Shown here: in pieces, positions 27,124 to 36,849 of the stretch
Numbering within the stretch: position 1 is the stretch's first letter
How the letters are laid out: each line of letters opens with the position of its first letter
Origin: an uncultured Mycoplasmatota bacterium
GTDB taxonomy: Bacteria; Bacillota_I; Bacilli_A; RF39; UBA660
DNA: 64,000 nucleotides
Direction of reading: 5' to 3'
NCBI GenBank assembly: GCA_900551105.1
Contig: URUT01000001.1
Location: forward strand, 857-64,856
The notes under the pieces: model-generated
Database searches by the model: none
What the model was told of the DNA's origin: nothing
What the model saw: the letters and a program-made list of their open reading frames with translations, nothing else
Made by a program: the position numbers and the translations under genes

Positions 27124-30100
27124 GTGAGAAAAATGGATAAACTATCCGAGTTTATAACCAAAAAGAGTAAATTAATATTAATTTTATCTTTAATTCTTTT
27201 AGGTTTTTCTTTTATTGGTATGAAGCTTACAAAAATCAACTACGATATTCTAGTATATCTTCCTGATGACATTGAAACCATTAAAGGTCAAAACATTTTA
27301 ACAGATGACTTTTCTATGGGGTCTTATTCCATCGCAGTCATTGAAAATGCTAGTCCAAAAGAAATTCTTAATATAGAAGAAAAGATCAAGAAAGTAGATG
27401 GCGTAAACGAAGTTGCATCTATCTATGATGTCTTTGGAACTAATATTCCGTTAGAAATACTTCCAGAAGATGTTCTAGAAAAAGTTCATAATGACAACAC
27501 AGACTTACTAATCGTAACTTTCAAAGATTCAACATCAAATGAAAACACTATAAGTGCTGTTGAAGAAATTAGAAACCTAACAAACGATAACTATAAGTTT
27601 GGTGGTATGAGTTCTATGGTATTAGATACTATGAATCTGTCTGAAAAAGAAATAGCTGTTTATGTAACAATTGCTGTAATTCTTTGTTTAATAGTCTTAG
27701 AGCTATCACTTGATTCATACTTAGTACCAGTCTTATTACTATTAAATATCGGTATGGCTATTGTCTATAACTTAGGAACAAACATCTTCCTAGGGGAAAT
27801 ATCTTATATAACCAAAGCTTTAGTAGCTGTCCTACAATTAGGTGTTACCACAGACTTCTCAATATTCTTATATCATGCTTATGAGAAAAATAAAAAAACT
27901 GATTCTAAAGAAATTGCCATGAAAAAAGCCATCAAAGAAACCATTGTTTCCGTAATTGGTTCATCAACCACAACCATCGCTGGCTTCCTTGTTTTATGTA
28001 CAATGAGCCTAACTCTAGGTAAAGATTTAGGAATTGTTATGGCCAAAGGTGTTGCTCTAGGCGTTATTACCGTACTAACTGTTTTCCCAGCACTTTTATT
28101 ATTCTTTGATAAACAAATAGCGAGAACTAGTCATAAAGTACTAACACCAAAATTTGATAAAATAAACAAACAAATAGTAAAACATCATAAACTAATCTTT
28201 ATTATATTTTTAATATTATTAGTTCCTGCATATCTTGCAAACTCTAAAGTAGAAGTTTACTACAAAATAGATAAAACCTTACCCGAAACCTTAGAAAGCA
28301 TCACTGCAAATACTATTTTAAAAGAAAAATACAATATTGTAAGTCCTGAAATGATTATTACAAGTAAAGACTTAAAAACTAATGATATTAAAAATATGGT
28401 TAGAGAAATTAAACAAATTGATGGCATCGATTTTGTACTTTCTAAAAGTGATTTTGATGACTTAGGAATAAGCTCTAACATGCTACCAAGTGAAATAAGC
28501 TCACTATTTGAAAGTGAAAATTATCAAATGTTCCTAGTAAACTCCACTTACGAAGTTGCAAGTGATGAGTTAAATGAACAAGTAGTAAAAGTTAATGACA
28601 TCGTAAAAAAATACGACAAAAATGGTATTGTAGCTGGTGAAGGTCCACTAATGAAAGACCTAATAAATATTAGTGATACAGACTTTAATAATGTTAATAC
28701 CTCATCAATTGTTTGTATCTTCGTAATACTATTTATTGTCCTAAAATCATTTAGTTTGCCATTCTTATTAATTCTAGCTATTGAATTTGCAATCTGCGCA
28801 AATATGGGAATATCTTACTTTAGCGGTAAGGTCTTACCATTTGTCGCACCAATCGTATTAGGAACAATTCAGCTAGGAGCAACTATTGACTATGCAATTT
28901 TAATGACTACAACTTATTTAGAAAAACGAAAAACTCAAAGAAAAGAAGATGCTGTTTTAGCTACGCTTAACCAGTGTGGATCATCAGTATTTGTAAGTGG
29001 TCTATGCTTCTTTGCAGCAACATTTGGCGTCGGCGTTTATTCTCAGCTAGAAATGGTTGGTTCTCTGTGTACATTAATAAGTAGAGGAGCCCTATTAAGT
29101 ATGCTTGTTGTAATAACTGTCTTACCATCAATTCTTCTTATCTTTGATAAAATTATACAAAAAACAAATATTGGAAAGGAAAAAATTATGAAAAATAAAA
29201 AATTAGCTTTATGCTCACTAATAGCATTATCAATCCCTCTAAACACCTTTGCACTTACCAAAAACGAAACTGTCTATAACAAACTATATCCAGATGGCAC
29301 CATCAAAACCTCTTTTGTAAATGAAGAGTTATTAAATACTTCTAATTTAAAAGAAATAAACGATGTTACATCACTAGAAGATATTATCAACTTAAGTGGT
29401 AATGAAACATTTACTAAAACAAACGATAAACTAACTTGGAATGCATCAGGCAACAATATTTTCTATCAAGGTAAAACAACAAAAAAAGAACCAATATCAT
29501 TTAAAGTAACTTATAAACTAGATGGTCAGGATATTTTACTAAAAGACTTACTTGGCAAAAGTGGTAAAGTAGAGATAAAAATAGAATACACTAATAACTC
29601 TAAAAAGAGTGTAAAAATAAATAATAATTATGAAACTATGTATACACCATTTGTTGTGCTTACTAGTATTTCTTTAAACAATGACTGTAAAAACATCAGT
29701 ATCACTAACGGAAAAATAATTAATAATGGAACGGGTAATGTAGCCTTTGCCATCGCTAGTCCAAATTTATCAGACAGCCTAAATATTAATAGTCTAAATA
29801 CTTTAAATAAAACCGTAATAACTTACGATACAACTAAATTTGAATTAGGAACTATTTATAGTGTGATTACCCCAAAGCTATTAAATAGTAGTGATTTATC
29901 AAAATTAAATAATATAACTGGTGTTAACAGTAAACTAGCCGAACTAACTGAAAATGTTAATAAAATAGAAAACGGTAGTACCGATTTAAAAGATGGAAGT
30001 ATCAAACTAAATACTAATGTTAAAAAGTTAAGCGATGCTCTAACAAGCTTAGATGAAAATGTAACGGCTTTAAAAAATGGTAGTGTAGACATAGATAATG

Positions 30101-30894
30101 GAGTAGGCCAAGTAATAGAAAACATTAATAACATCAAACTATTATTACCAGATAATACTAAAAGCATTACTAAAATGAATGACTTAATTGCTGCAAATAA
30201 TAACACTATCAATAATCTAAGTGCACTAAATAGTACTATTAAAGAAAAATACGATAGTGCCAATTTAAAAGAATTATCTTATGAACTAATCTTAGGAAAT
30301 GATTCTTTAGATAATAATACTAAAATAACCTTAATTAACTTAAAAAGCGAATATGAAAACCACTATGATAGTAATAATCAGTTAATCAGCCTATTAAAAT
30401 TAAACGTTTCTGCTCTAGAAAGTAACATTAAAGAATTAGAAAGCTTAAGTGCTAAAGTAACCCAAATGTTACCAAAGATGGAAGCAGGCATCAGTAAACT
30501 TAAAACTGGTACTACTAGTTTAAGCACTAATATGGCAAAACTAAATGTTGCAACTAACGAGTTAAATATCAAAGGAAAAACATTAGTAATTGGCACAACT
30601 AATTTAGAAGAAGGTTTAAAAACTTTAAACGAAGGAATAACAATGTTAAATAATGAAGCTATCAAACCTATCACTAACAAAATAACTAATGAATTAATTC
30701 CTATGACAACTAGAGTAAAAGAACTAACAAAACTAGGGGAAAATTACACATCATTTGCTGGCAGTAATGTAACCGGCGAAACTAAATTCATCTATGTAAT
30801 CGACGGTGAAAAAGTTAAGGAAGAAAAAAATTCCACAGAAGAAAAGACTGAAAAAGACAATCTTTGGACAAGAATCAAAAATTTATTCAAATAG
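27124..30894 (+). CDS. MMPL-family membrane transporter fused in frame to a YhgE/Pip-like extracellular coiled-coil domain
   Basis: Two MMPL/SSD-type TM bundles in the first 700 aa. An internal signal-peptide-like segment (MKNKKLALCSLIALSIPLNTFA, at about nt 29188) has its own RBS but no preceding stop codon. A roughly 560-aa ectodomain with heptad-repeat coiled coils follows (LNTNVKKLSDALTSLDENVTALKNGSVDIDNG...). Confidence 0.6.
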   Translation: MRKMDKLSEFITKKSKLILILSLILLGFSFIGMKLTKINYDILVYLPDDIETIKGQNILTDDFSMGSYSIAVIENASPKEILNIEEKIKKVDGVNEVASIYDVFGTNIPLEILPEDVLEKVHNDNTDLLIVTFKDSTSNENTISAVEEIRNLTNDNYKFGGMSSMVLDTMNLSEKEIAVYVTIAVILCLIVLELSLDSYLVPVLLLLNIGMAIVYNLGTNIFLGEISYITKALVAVLQLGVTTDFSIFLYHAYEKNKKTDSKEIAMKKAIKETIVSVIGSSTTTIAGFLVLCTMSLTLGKDLGIVMAKGVALGVITVLTVFPALLLFFDKQIARTSHKVLTPKFDKINKQIVKHHKLIFIIFLILLVPAYLANSKVEVYYKIDKTLPETLESITANTILKEKYNIVSPEMIITSKDLKTNDIKNMVREIKQIDGIDFVLSKSDFDDLGISSNMLPSEISSLFESENYQMFLVNSTYEVASDELNEQVVKVNDIVKKYDKNGIVAGEGPLMKDLINISDTDFNNVNTSSIVCIFVILFIVLKSFSLPFLLILAIEFAICANMGISYFSGKVLPFVAPIVLGTIQLGATIDYAILMTTTYLEKRKTQRKEDAVLATLNQCGSSVFVSGLCFFAATFGVGVYSQLEMVGSLCTLISRGALLSMLVVITVLPSILLIFDKIIQKTNIGKEKIMKNKKLALCSLIALSIPLNTFALTKNETVYNKLYPDGTIKTSFVNEELLNTSNLKEINDVTSLEDIINLSGNETFTKTNDKLTWNASGNNIFYQGKTTKKEPISFKVTYKLDGQDILLKDLLGKSGKVEIKIEYTNNSKKSVKINNNYETMYTPFVVLTSISLNNDCKNISITNGKIINNGTGNVAFAIASPNLSDSLNINSLNTLNKTVITYDTTKFELGTIYSVITPKLLNSSDLSKLNNITGVNSKLAELTENVNKIENGSTDLKDGSIKLNTNVKKLSDALTSLDENVTALKNGSVDIDNGVGQVIENINNIKLLLPDNTKSITKMNDLIAANNNTINNLSALNSTIKEKYDSANLKELSYELILGNDSLDNNTKITLINLKSEYENHYDSNNQLISLLKLNVSALESNIKELESLSAKVTQMLPKMEAGISKLKTGTTSLSTNMAKLNVATNELNIKGKTLVIGTTNLEEGLKTLNEGITMLNNEAIKPITNKITNELIPMTTRVKELTKLGENYTSFAGSNVTGETKFIYVIDGEKVKEEKNSTEEKTEKDNLWTRIKNLFK

Positions 30895-30921
30895 AAATGT
30901 GCTAAATAAGGCACATTTTTT
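30895..30921 (+). terminator. intrinsic terminator
   Basis: Stem AAATGTGC / GCACATTT with an 8-nt loop, then TTTT. Confidence 0.6.
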
Positions 30922-30950
30922 GAGTAAATTGTGGTAAAACGGAAAATTTT

Positions 30951-31015
30951 AGAGGTAACTTCTCACGCGAGTTTTCCACACTCCCAGTTGACACGGGGGG
31001 GGGTTGTTATATAAT
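30951..31015 (+). promoter_or_regulatory. promoter of paralog A with a poly-G spacer (candidate phase-variation switch), preceded by an inverted-repeat operator-like site
   Basis: Inverted repeat AGAGGT-A-ACTTCT (30951-30963). The -35 is TTGACA (30988-30993), the 16-nt spacer is c+G9+ttgtta with G9 at 30995-31003, and the -10 is TATAAT (31010-31015). The pseudogene copy at 36767-36826 keeps the palindrome (AGAAGT-A-ACTTCT) and TATAAT but has only G4 and a degraded -35. Confidence 0.55.
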
Positions 31016-31038
31016 AAAAGAAGAAAATAGGTGGTAAA

Positions 31039-32727
31039 GTGAAAAATAAAAGTGTATCACTCGTTCTTCTTTTGAGTGTATTCGTAGTTATAGCTGGTGT
31101 CATATTTTTAAAAAATTATGAAAGTGAAACTTTAGTAGAAGCTAAATGGAACGAAAAAGAAGACGCACTTTTGGCAATAACCATTGATGGCAAAGAATCT
31201 GATAGCTTTCCAACTAACTCTGGATATGTCGGTACAGTAACATGTAATAATGCTACAGGTACTACATCTTGGAATGGAAGTAAATGGGTATTTAATGTAA
31301 CTGGTATTACCAAAAATAAAACAAGATGTAATGTAGCATTTATTAAAAGCCAGGCTCTAAAACTTGCAATACTAGGAGAAAATAATGCTAACCTTAGCAC
31401 AACTATTACAGTTCCAGGAAGGGATGTAAACGCATATAAATTAGAAGACGCTGAAACGAAAACAAAAGAATTATCTACTAGTTATCAAAATTACTATTAT
31501 ACATATGGTACTGGCTGGCAAGCAAATGGTATAAATTTCACTCTTACTGGTACAGCTGTAACTAACAGCACTTATGCTACTTCTTACGAAACCCTAAAAG
31601 GTAAGTACACACTTTCATTTAGTGAAACAACATCGTCTTCACCAACCCCGGTAGACACTAGTGAAACAAATTGTATTAATTATATCATAGATACAACCCC
31701 AACCACTATAACATACAAAGAATTATGTTCAAATAAGAACCAAACTGAAGCAGTTCTTGCTAGTACCCAAGATGACTACGGAACATCTTATTACTACAGG
31801 GGAGCAATAACAAATAACTATGTTCAGTATGCAAATATGTGCTGGAGAATAGTAAGAATTACTGGCAATGATGCTGTTAAGCTGGTCTTACATAACTATA
31901 ATGGATTAACAGATTCAAACACTACTCCAACAAGTCAAACACCATGCAGTGTAGTAGGAGATGAACTAAGTTATGCCAGATTTGAAGGCGATACATTTAC
32001 TACATCTTTTAATAGTGACATGGATGATAACGCATTTGTCGGCTTAAAATATGGAACGAAATCCTCATCAAGTTACGCAGCAACTCATGCAAACACCAAC
32101 GCAAGCGCAATTCTTCAAGCTTTATGGAAATGGTACGATAATGTTTTATCTAAACAATCAGGATTTAATGAAAATAATCTAGTTGATACCATTGTTTGTA
32201 ACGATAAAAAAGTAATAACTAATACTACATTTAATCCATATGATATGGGCTTAGGAACCAGTTACGGCTACAAAAAAAATTCAAATTATTATGGTGCTAT
32301 GCCAAGATTTCTAAACAATGATGGATCATCTTATGGAACTGGTCCAAGCCTAGTATGCCAAACTGATAACAACGGTGGAAAACTATCAAAATTTACCTAC
32401 AGCGATACAACAAAAGGAAATGGTACTCTAGGCCGTAAAATCGGATTATTAACCGCAGACGAAATAACATTTGCAGGAGCACAATATGGTAGTGGAAAAG
32501 CACCGAGAGATTACTTAAATGAAAACGATAAGTACGGAATGTGGACATCAACTCCAGGATACGTAAATACCTATGGAACGCCTGCCAATATTATGGTGTG
32601 GGGAAACGGTGGCCTTGGTTCTACGCCAGTTGTTCAGCCGTGGGGCGTAAGACCAACAATATCTATACCATCATCAACTAAAGTAGGTGGAAATGGAACG
32701 GCTGATGACCCATATATTGTTCAGTAA
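31039..32727 (+). CDS. secreted / signal-anchored protein, paralog family member A
   Basis: GTG start after RBS AGGTGG. N-terminal signal-anchor MKNKSVSLVLLLSVFVVIAGVIFL and conserved N-terminal module TLVEAKWNEKEDALLAITIDGKESDSFPT...TCN..TG..SWNGSKW in a 562-aa ORF. The conserved C-terminal tail is GVRPTISIPSSTKVGGNGTADDPYIVQ. Confidence 0.7.
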   Translation: MKNKSVSLVLLLSVFVVIAGVIFLKNYESETLVEAKWNEKEDALLAITIDGKESDSFPTNSGYVGTVTCNNATGTTSWNGSKWVFNVTGITKNKTRCNVAFIKSQALKLAILGENNANLSTTITVPGRDVNAYKLEDAETKTKELSTSYQNYYYTYGTGWQANGINFTLTGTAVTNSTYATSYETLKGKYTLSFSETTSSSPTPVDTSETNCINYIIDTTPTTITYKELCSNKNQTEAVLASTQDDYGTSYYYRGAITNNYVQYANMCWRIVRITGNDAVKLVLHNYNGLTDSNTTPTSQTPCSVVGDELSYARFEGDTFTTSFNSDMDDNAFVGLKYGTKSSSSYAATHANTNASAILQALWKWYDNVLSKQSGFNENNLVDTIVCNDKKVITNTTFNPYDMGLGTSYGYKKNSNYYGAMPRFLNNDGSSYGTGPSLVCQTDNNGGKLSKFTYSDTTKGNGTLGRKIGLLTADEITFAGAQYGSGKAPRDYLNENDKYGMWTSTPGYVNTYGTPANIMVWGNGGLGSTPVVQPWGVRPTISIPSSTKVGGNGTADDPYIVQ

Positions 32728-32802
32728 ATAAAAAGATATTTATCATTAATCTGCTTGATTTGTCAAAAAAAATATAGTATCCTATTTATAGGAGGATAAA
32801 TT

Positions 32803-33351
32803 ATGTGGTGGATTATAATAATCGTTGTTTTAGTTTTAATTATATTATCTATTATTTCTACATACAATGAATTAGTAAGACTAAGAAATAAAGTAAAAGA
32901 TCAGTGGTCACAAATTGATGTACAACTTAAAAGAAGATGCGACCTTATCCCTAATTTAGTAGAAACTGTAAAAGGTTATGCTAAACATGAAAAAGGCACA
33001 TTAGAAGCTGTTATCAAAGCTAGAAATACATTCTTAACTGCTAAAAGTCCTGAAGATGAAATGAAAGCATCTAAAGAAATAACAACTGCACTAAACAAAT
33101 TATTTGCTTTAGCAGAAGCTTACCCAGACTTAAAAGCAAATGAAAATTTCACATCTTTACAAAATACTTTATCTGAAACTGAAGATAAAATTTCTTATGC
33201 AAGACAATTCTATAATGATAATGTAATGAACTACAAAAACAAAATAGAAATGTTTCCGTCTAACATAGTTGCTGGTATCTTTAATTTTAAACCAGAGCCA
33301 TTCTTTGAAGCAACTGAAGAGGAAAGAAAAAATGTTGAAGTAAAATTTTAG
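32803..33351 (+). CDS. lemA: LemA-family protein
   Basis: N-terminal TM, then LemA signature (NELVRLRNKVKDQWSQIDVQLKRRCDLIPNLVETVKGYAKHEKGTLEAV) in a 182-aa ORF. Confidence 0.8.
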   Translation: MWWIIIIVVLVLIILSIISTYNELVRLRNKVKDQWSQIDVQLKRRCDLIPNLVETVKGYAKHEKGTLEAVIKARNTFLTAKSPEDEMKASKEITTALNKLFALAEAYPDLKANENFTSLQNTLSETEDKISYARQFYNDNVMNYKNKIEMFPSNIVAGIFNFKPEPFFEATEEERKNVEVKF

Positions 33352-33386
33352 GCTTACAAGTTAAGCCTTTTTTGGTAGGAGAGAAT

Positions 33387-35084
33387 ATGAGGAAATGGTT
33401 TAGTTTAATAATAATTAGTTTATTTTTATTTATTCCAAGTGTTTGTGCTAATAGTATAAAAAACATAAACATGGATATTTATATTGATGATGAGGGAGAT
33501 GCTCACGTCAAAGAAGTTTGGCAAGTTCGTGCAACTAAAGGTACAGAAATATATAAAACATATAATAATATTGGAGAATCAACATTCACCGACTTTAAAG
33601 TCAGACTAAACGGAACTGAGTTTACTAACATTGGTTCTTGGAATGTAAATGGAAGCTTTGATGATAAGGCTTACAAAAATGGTATTCATTATATAAGTGA
33701 CGGTTTAGAACTATGCTATGGCATAAGCGAATATGGAAATAACATTTATGAATTTGAATATATTATTACCGATTTTGTAGTAAACCTAAATGATAGTCAA
33801 ATGGTTTACTGGACACTAGTTCCTAAAAATATGAGTGATACAATTGGTGATGTGTATATAAAAATTCATTCATCCTTTGCGTATAAGGACACTTTAGATA
33901 TTTGGGGTTATGGTAAATATGGAGCTCCAGCCTATGTATATGATGGCTATATAGAAATGTCTAGTGATAACTTAGATAATGATGAGTATATGACTGCTCT
34001 TATAAAATTTGAACCAAATACTTTTAATACTACCTATAAAATAGACAAAGATTTTTCATATTATTATGATTTGGCTGAAGATGGATCAGATGATTACAAA
34101 GAACCAACAACCCTTGAAAAATTTTTGACGGGGCTAATTAATCTTTCAATTATTGGTTTCATATTTTATCTAATAGCAGTTGCTATAAATCGTTCAACTA
34201 TTAAAAGTACAAGATACAATAAAAGTAAAAAGAAACTGCCAGCAGACATTCCATATTTTAGAGACATTCCTGGTAAAAAAGAATTGTTTAGAAATTACTA
34301 TATTTCAAATTTATATGGAATAATTTTACAAAAATCAGATTTTTTAGGTGCAGTTCTTCTTAAATGGATGAAAGAAGGCTCAGTAACCATTGAAAAAACC
34401 GAAAAGAAAGGGCTCTTTAAGAAAACAAATATTGTAACAGCTATGAAAATAGGAGATGTTGTCTGCAATAATTCTTTAGAAAAAGAATTATATGATATGA
34501 TTAAATCTGCTGCTAAAGATGATTATTTAGAAAGCGACGAATTTAAAAAATGGTCAAGAAACCATTATGATAAATTACTATCATGGTTTGATAAAACCTT
34601 AAATTATCAAGGCGATGCTCTTATTTTAGATGGTTCCATCGAAAGAAATGAAACACAAAAAATGCTATTTAAAAATGTAACATTTACGGAAAACGAAAGT
34701 GTATTAAATGAAGCTATTCAGTTAGCTGGCCTAAAGAAATACCTTATTGAGTTTTCTAATATGAAAGAAAAAGAAGCAATAGAGGTTCATCTATGGCAAG
34801 ATTATTTAATATACGCTCAAATGTTTGGAATAGCCAAAAGAGTAGCCGAACAATTTAAAAAGATGTATCCAGAAATCATTGAACAAACCAATTATAATTT
34901 TGATTTTGATACAGTAGTTTTTATTAATGATTTTTCTAGAAGTGCAGTTTCTAGTGCGAACGCTGCAAGAAGTGCTGCAATTGAAAGAGCAAGAAACTAC
35001 TCATCAGGTGGCGGCGGCTTCTCATCAGGCGGTGGCGGAGGAGGTTCCTTCGGTGGCGGCTCTGGTGGCGGTGGCTTTAGATAA
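33387..35084 (+). CDS. DUF2207-domain membrane protein with a C-terminal Gly-rich tail
   Basis: Signal peptide, N-terminal ectodomain, TM helix (LINLSIIGFIFYLIAVAI) and C-terminal GGGGFSSGGGGGGSFGGGSGGGGFR in a 565-aa ORF. It follows lemA, which is the usual pairing. Start placed at ATG 33387 (RBS AGGAGAG). Confidence 0.7.
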   Translation: MRKWFSLIIISLFLFIPSVCANSIKNINMDIYIDDEGDAHVKEVWQVRATKGTEIYKTYNNIGESTFTDFKVRLNGTEFTNIGSWNVNGSFDDKAYKNGIHYISDGLELCYGISEYGNNIYEFEYIITDFVVNLNDSQMVYWTLVPKNMSDTIGDVYIKIHSSFAYKDTLDIWGYGKYGAPAYVYDGYIEMSSDNLDNDEYMTALIKFEPNTFNTTYKIDKDFSYYYDLAEDGSDDYKEPTTLEKFLTGLINLSIIGFIFYLIAVAINRSTIKSTRYNKSKKKLPADIPYFRDIPGKKELFRNYYISNLYGIILQKSDFLGAVLLKWMKEGSVTIEKTEKKGLFKKTNIVTAMKIGDVVCNNSLEKELYDMIKSAAKDDYLESDEFKKWSRNHYDKLLSWFDKTLNYQGDALILDGSIERNETQKMLFKNVTFTENESVLNEAIQLAGLKKYLIEFSNMKEKEAIEVHLWQDYLIYAQMFGIAKRVAEQFKKMYPEIIEQTNYNFDFDTVVFINDFSRSAVSSANAARSAAIERARNYSSGGGGFSSGGGGGGSFGGGSGGGGFR

Positions 35085-35192
35085 CACCCACTAAAAATTA
35101 AAACCCCATTACAAAAAAATAATGGAGTTTTTATAATTTAGATTGTCTTGACTAATAACCTAAATTTGTTATAGAATATACATAGAAAATAG

Positions 35193-36644
35193 GTGATATC
35201 AGTGAATAACAAATATAAAGGATTAAGTATTATCTTAATATTGTTAGTATTAACATTTATCGGTTATAATGCCTTAAAACAAGAAGAATTAAAAGAAGCA
35301 ACTTGGGAAAAACCAGAAGAAATATTAGCAATCACAATAAATGGCGAAGAAGCCACATCTTTTCCAACCACGGCAGCATACGAAGCTAGTGTAACTTGTA
35401 CAAGTGGCACTGGTAGTGCTTCATGGAATGGAAGCAAGTGGACATTCAATGCAAGTTCAATTTCCAAAAACAAAGCAAAATGCAACATAGACTTTATTCC
35501 CAAAACTCTTAGATCTTATATTTTGGGTGACAATAACGCCAACGTTGGAACTGTAAAAACAACACCAGGAGCCTCAAATAACTCAACATCAGAAGCAGTT
35601 TTAGCATCAACTCAAGATGATTATGGAACAAGTTATTATTTTAGAGGAGTTGTAACTAAAAATTTTGTTGTGTACGCAAATATGTGCTGGCGTGTAGTAA
35701 GAATTACAGGCGACGGTTCAGTAAGATTAGTATTATATAATTATAATGGATTAACAAGTGATAATACGACACCATCTGCTAGTAATCCCTGCAGTGTTAC
35801 TGGTGATGAACTAGCCTTCATTCATGATAGCAGTGGGACCTCAATGGTTAGATTTGGAATATATGGAGATAATGCTGGCTTTGGTTTAATGTATGGTGAT
35901 GTTGGATGCTCTGATGGCACATCATATGATAAAACAAGTTGCTCAAATAATAGCGGTACGTGGACAACATCAACCTCGTATGCAAATGCTCATAGCAACA
36001 TTAGAAAAAGTACGGTTTTACAAAGTTTAGAAAGTTGGTACGATGATGTTTTGTCTAAACAGCCAGGCTTTAGTGAAAAACAACTAGCAGATACTATTTT
36101 ATGCAATGATAAAAGCGTTATAACAGACAGCTCATTTAATCCAGCAGGATGGACAACTTTTCCAAGTGATTATGGAATTGGAACAAATAACAATCATTAT
36201 GCAAGCATTAAAAGACTTGTAACATCAAGCTCCATGAAAGCTGGTGGCACCGGACCAAGCCTAATATGTCCTAATGATAACTTAGGCGGAAAATTATCTA
36301 AATTTACAGTAAGCGATACCGTCAACGGGAATGGTGCCTTAGATAAAAAAATTGGTCTCTTAACAGTTGATGAATCAGCATTTGCTGGAGGAATATATGG
36401 AGCTTATAATTCGTCTTACTATCTTTATCAAAATGCAAAAGAAGCATATTGGTTAGCTACTCCAGGAATATTTTTTAATCCTTCTAATAATCACTGGGTT
36501 GCATATAACTCTACTGCTAACGGACACTATTTATATGTTGTACTTAATGTCAATGTTTACGCAATCCGACCATCAATTACTCTGGATAAAAATACAGCAT
36601 CAACTGGTAGTGGAACATCATCAGATCCTTATGTTGTTAAATAA
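35193..36644 (+). CDS. secreted / signal-anchored protein, paralog family member B
   Basis: Same architecture as 31039 in a 483-aa ORF, with conserved blocks TWEKPEEILAITINGEEATSFPT, SWNGSKWTF and YGTSYYFRGVVT.NFV.YANMCWRVVRITGDG, and tail AIRPSITLDKNTASTGSGTSSDPYVVK. GTG start at 35193 or 35202. Confidence 0.7.
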   Translation: MISVNNKYKGLSIILILLVLTFIGYNALKQEELKEATWEKPEEILAITINGEEATSFPTTAAYEASVTCTSGTGSASWNGSKWTFNASSISKNKAKCNIDFIPKTLRSYILGDNNANVGTVKTTPGASNNSTSEAVLASTQDDYGTSYYFRGVVTKNFVVYANMCWRVVRITGDGSVRLVLYNYNGLTSDNTTPSASNPCSVTGDELAFIHDSSGTSMVRFGIYGDNAGFGLMYGDVGCSDGTSYDKTSCSNNSGTWTTSTSYANAHSNIRKSTVLQSLESWYDDVLSKQPGFSEKQLADTILCNDKSVITDSSFNPAGWTTFPSDYGIGTNNNHYASIKRLVTSSSMKAGGTGPSLICPNDNLGGKLSKFTVSDTVNGNGALDKKIGLLTVDESAFAGGIYGAYNSSYYLYQNAKEAYWLATPGIFFNPSNNHWVAYNSTANGHYLYVVLNVNVYAIRPSITLDKNTASTGSGTSSDPYVVK

Positions 36645-36671
36645 TATAATTATTAATTTTAATAGATTCAT

Positions 36672-36720
36672 TAAATCCTATAAAGTAGTACACAGAACCT
36701 TTCAGGTCTGCGTACTTTTT
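36672..36720 (+). terminator. intrinsic terminator after paralog B
   Basis: Imperfect stem GTAGTACACAGAACC / GGTCTGCGTACT followed by TTTTTATTTT. Confidence 0.45.
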
Positions 36721-36849
36721 ATTTTGCTTAAAGAAAAAAAGAACTTACGGCAAATGCAAAATTTCTAGAAGTAACTTCTCGGTAAGTTTTCACACTTTAG
36801 GTGGAAACGGGGAGTTGCTATATAATGAAAGAAGAAAATAGGTGGTAAA

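Noticed and set aside
29188-30894. Calling the YhgE/Pip-like ectodomain a separate gene starting at the internal signal peptide
   Set aside because: There is no in-frame stop between the MMPL domain and the internal ATG, so ribosomes from the upstream start read through. I kept it as one fusion ORF and flagged the internal start as a finding.
31116-31400. Minus-strand ORFs antisense to the paralog family genes (31116-31400, 35264-35503, 36765-37250) and the + strand ORF 36499-36768 spanning the end of paralog B
   Set aside because: They mirror each other across the paralogs only because the sense strands are homologous. They have no independent start signals, and 36499-36768 is out of frame with paralog B and runs through its terminator.
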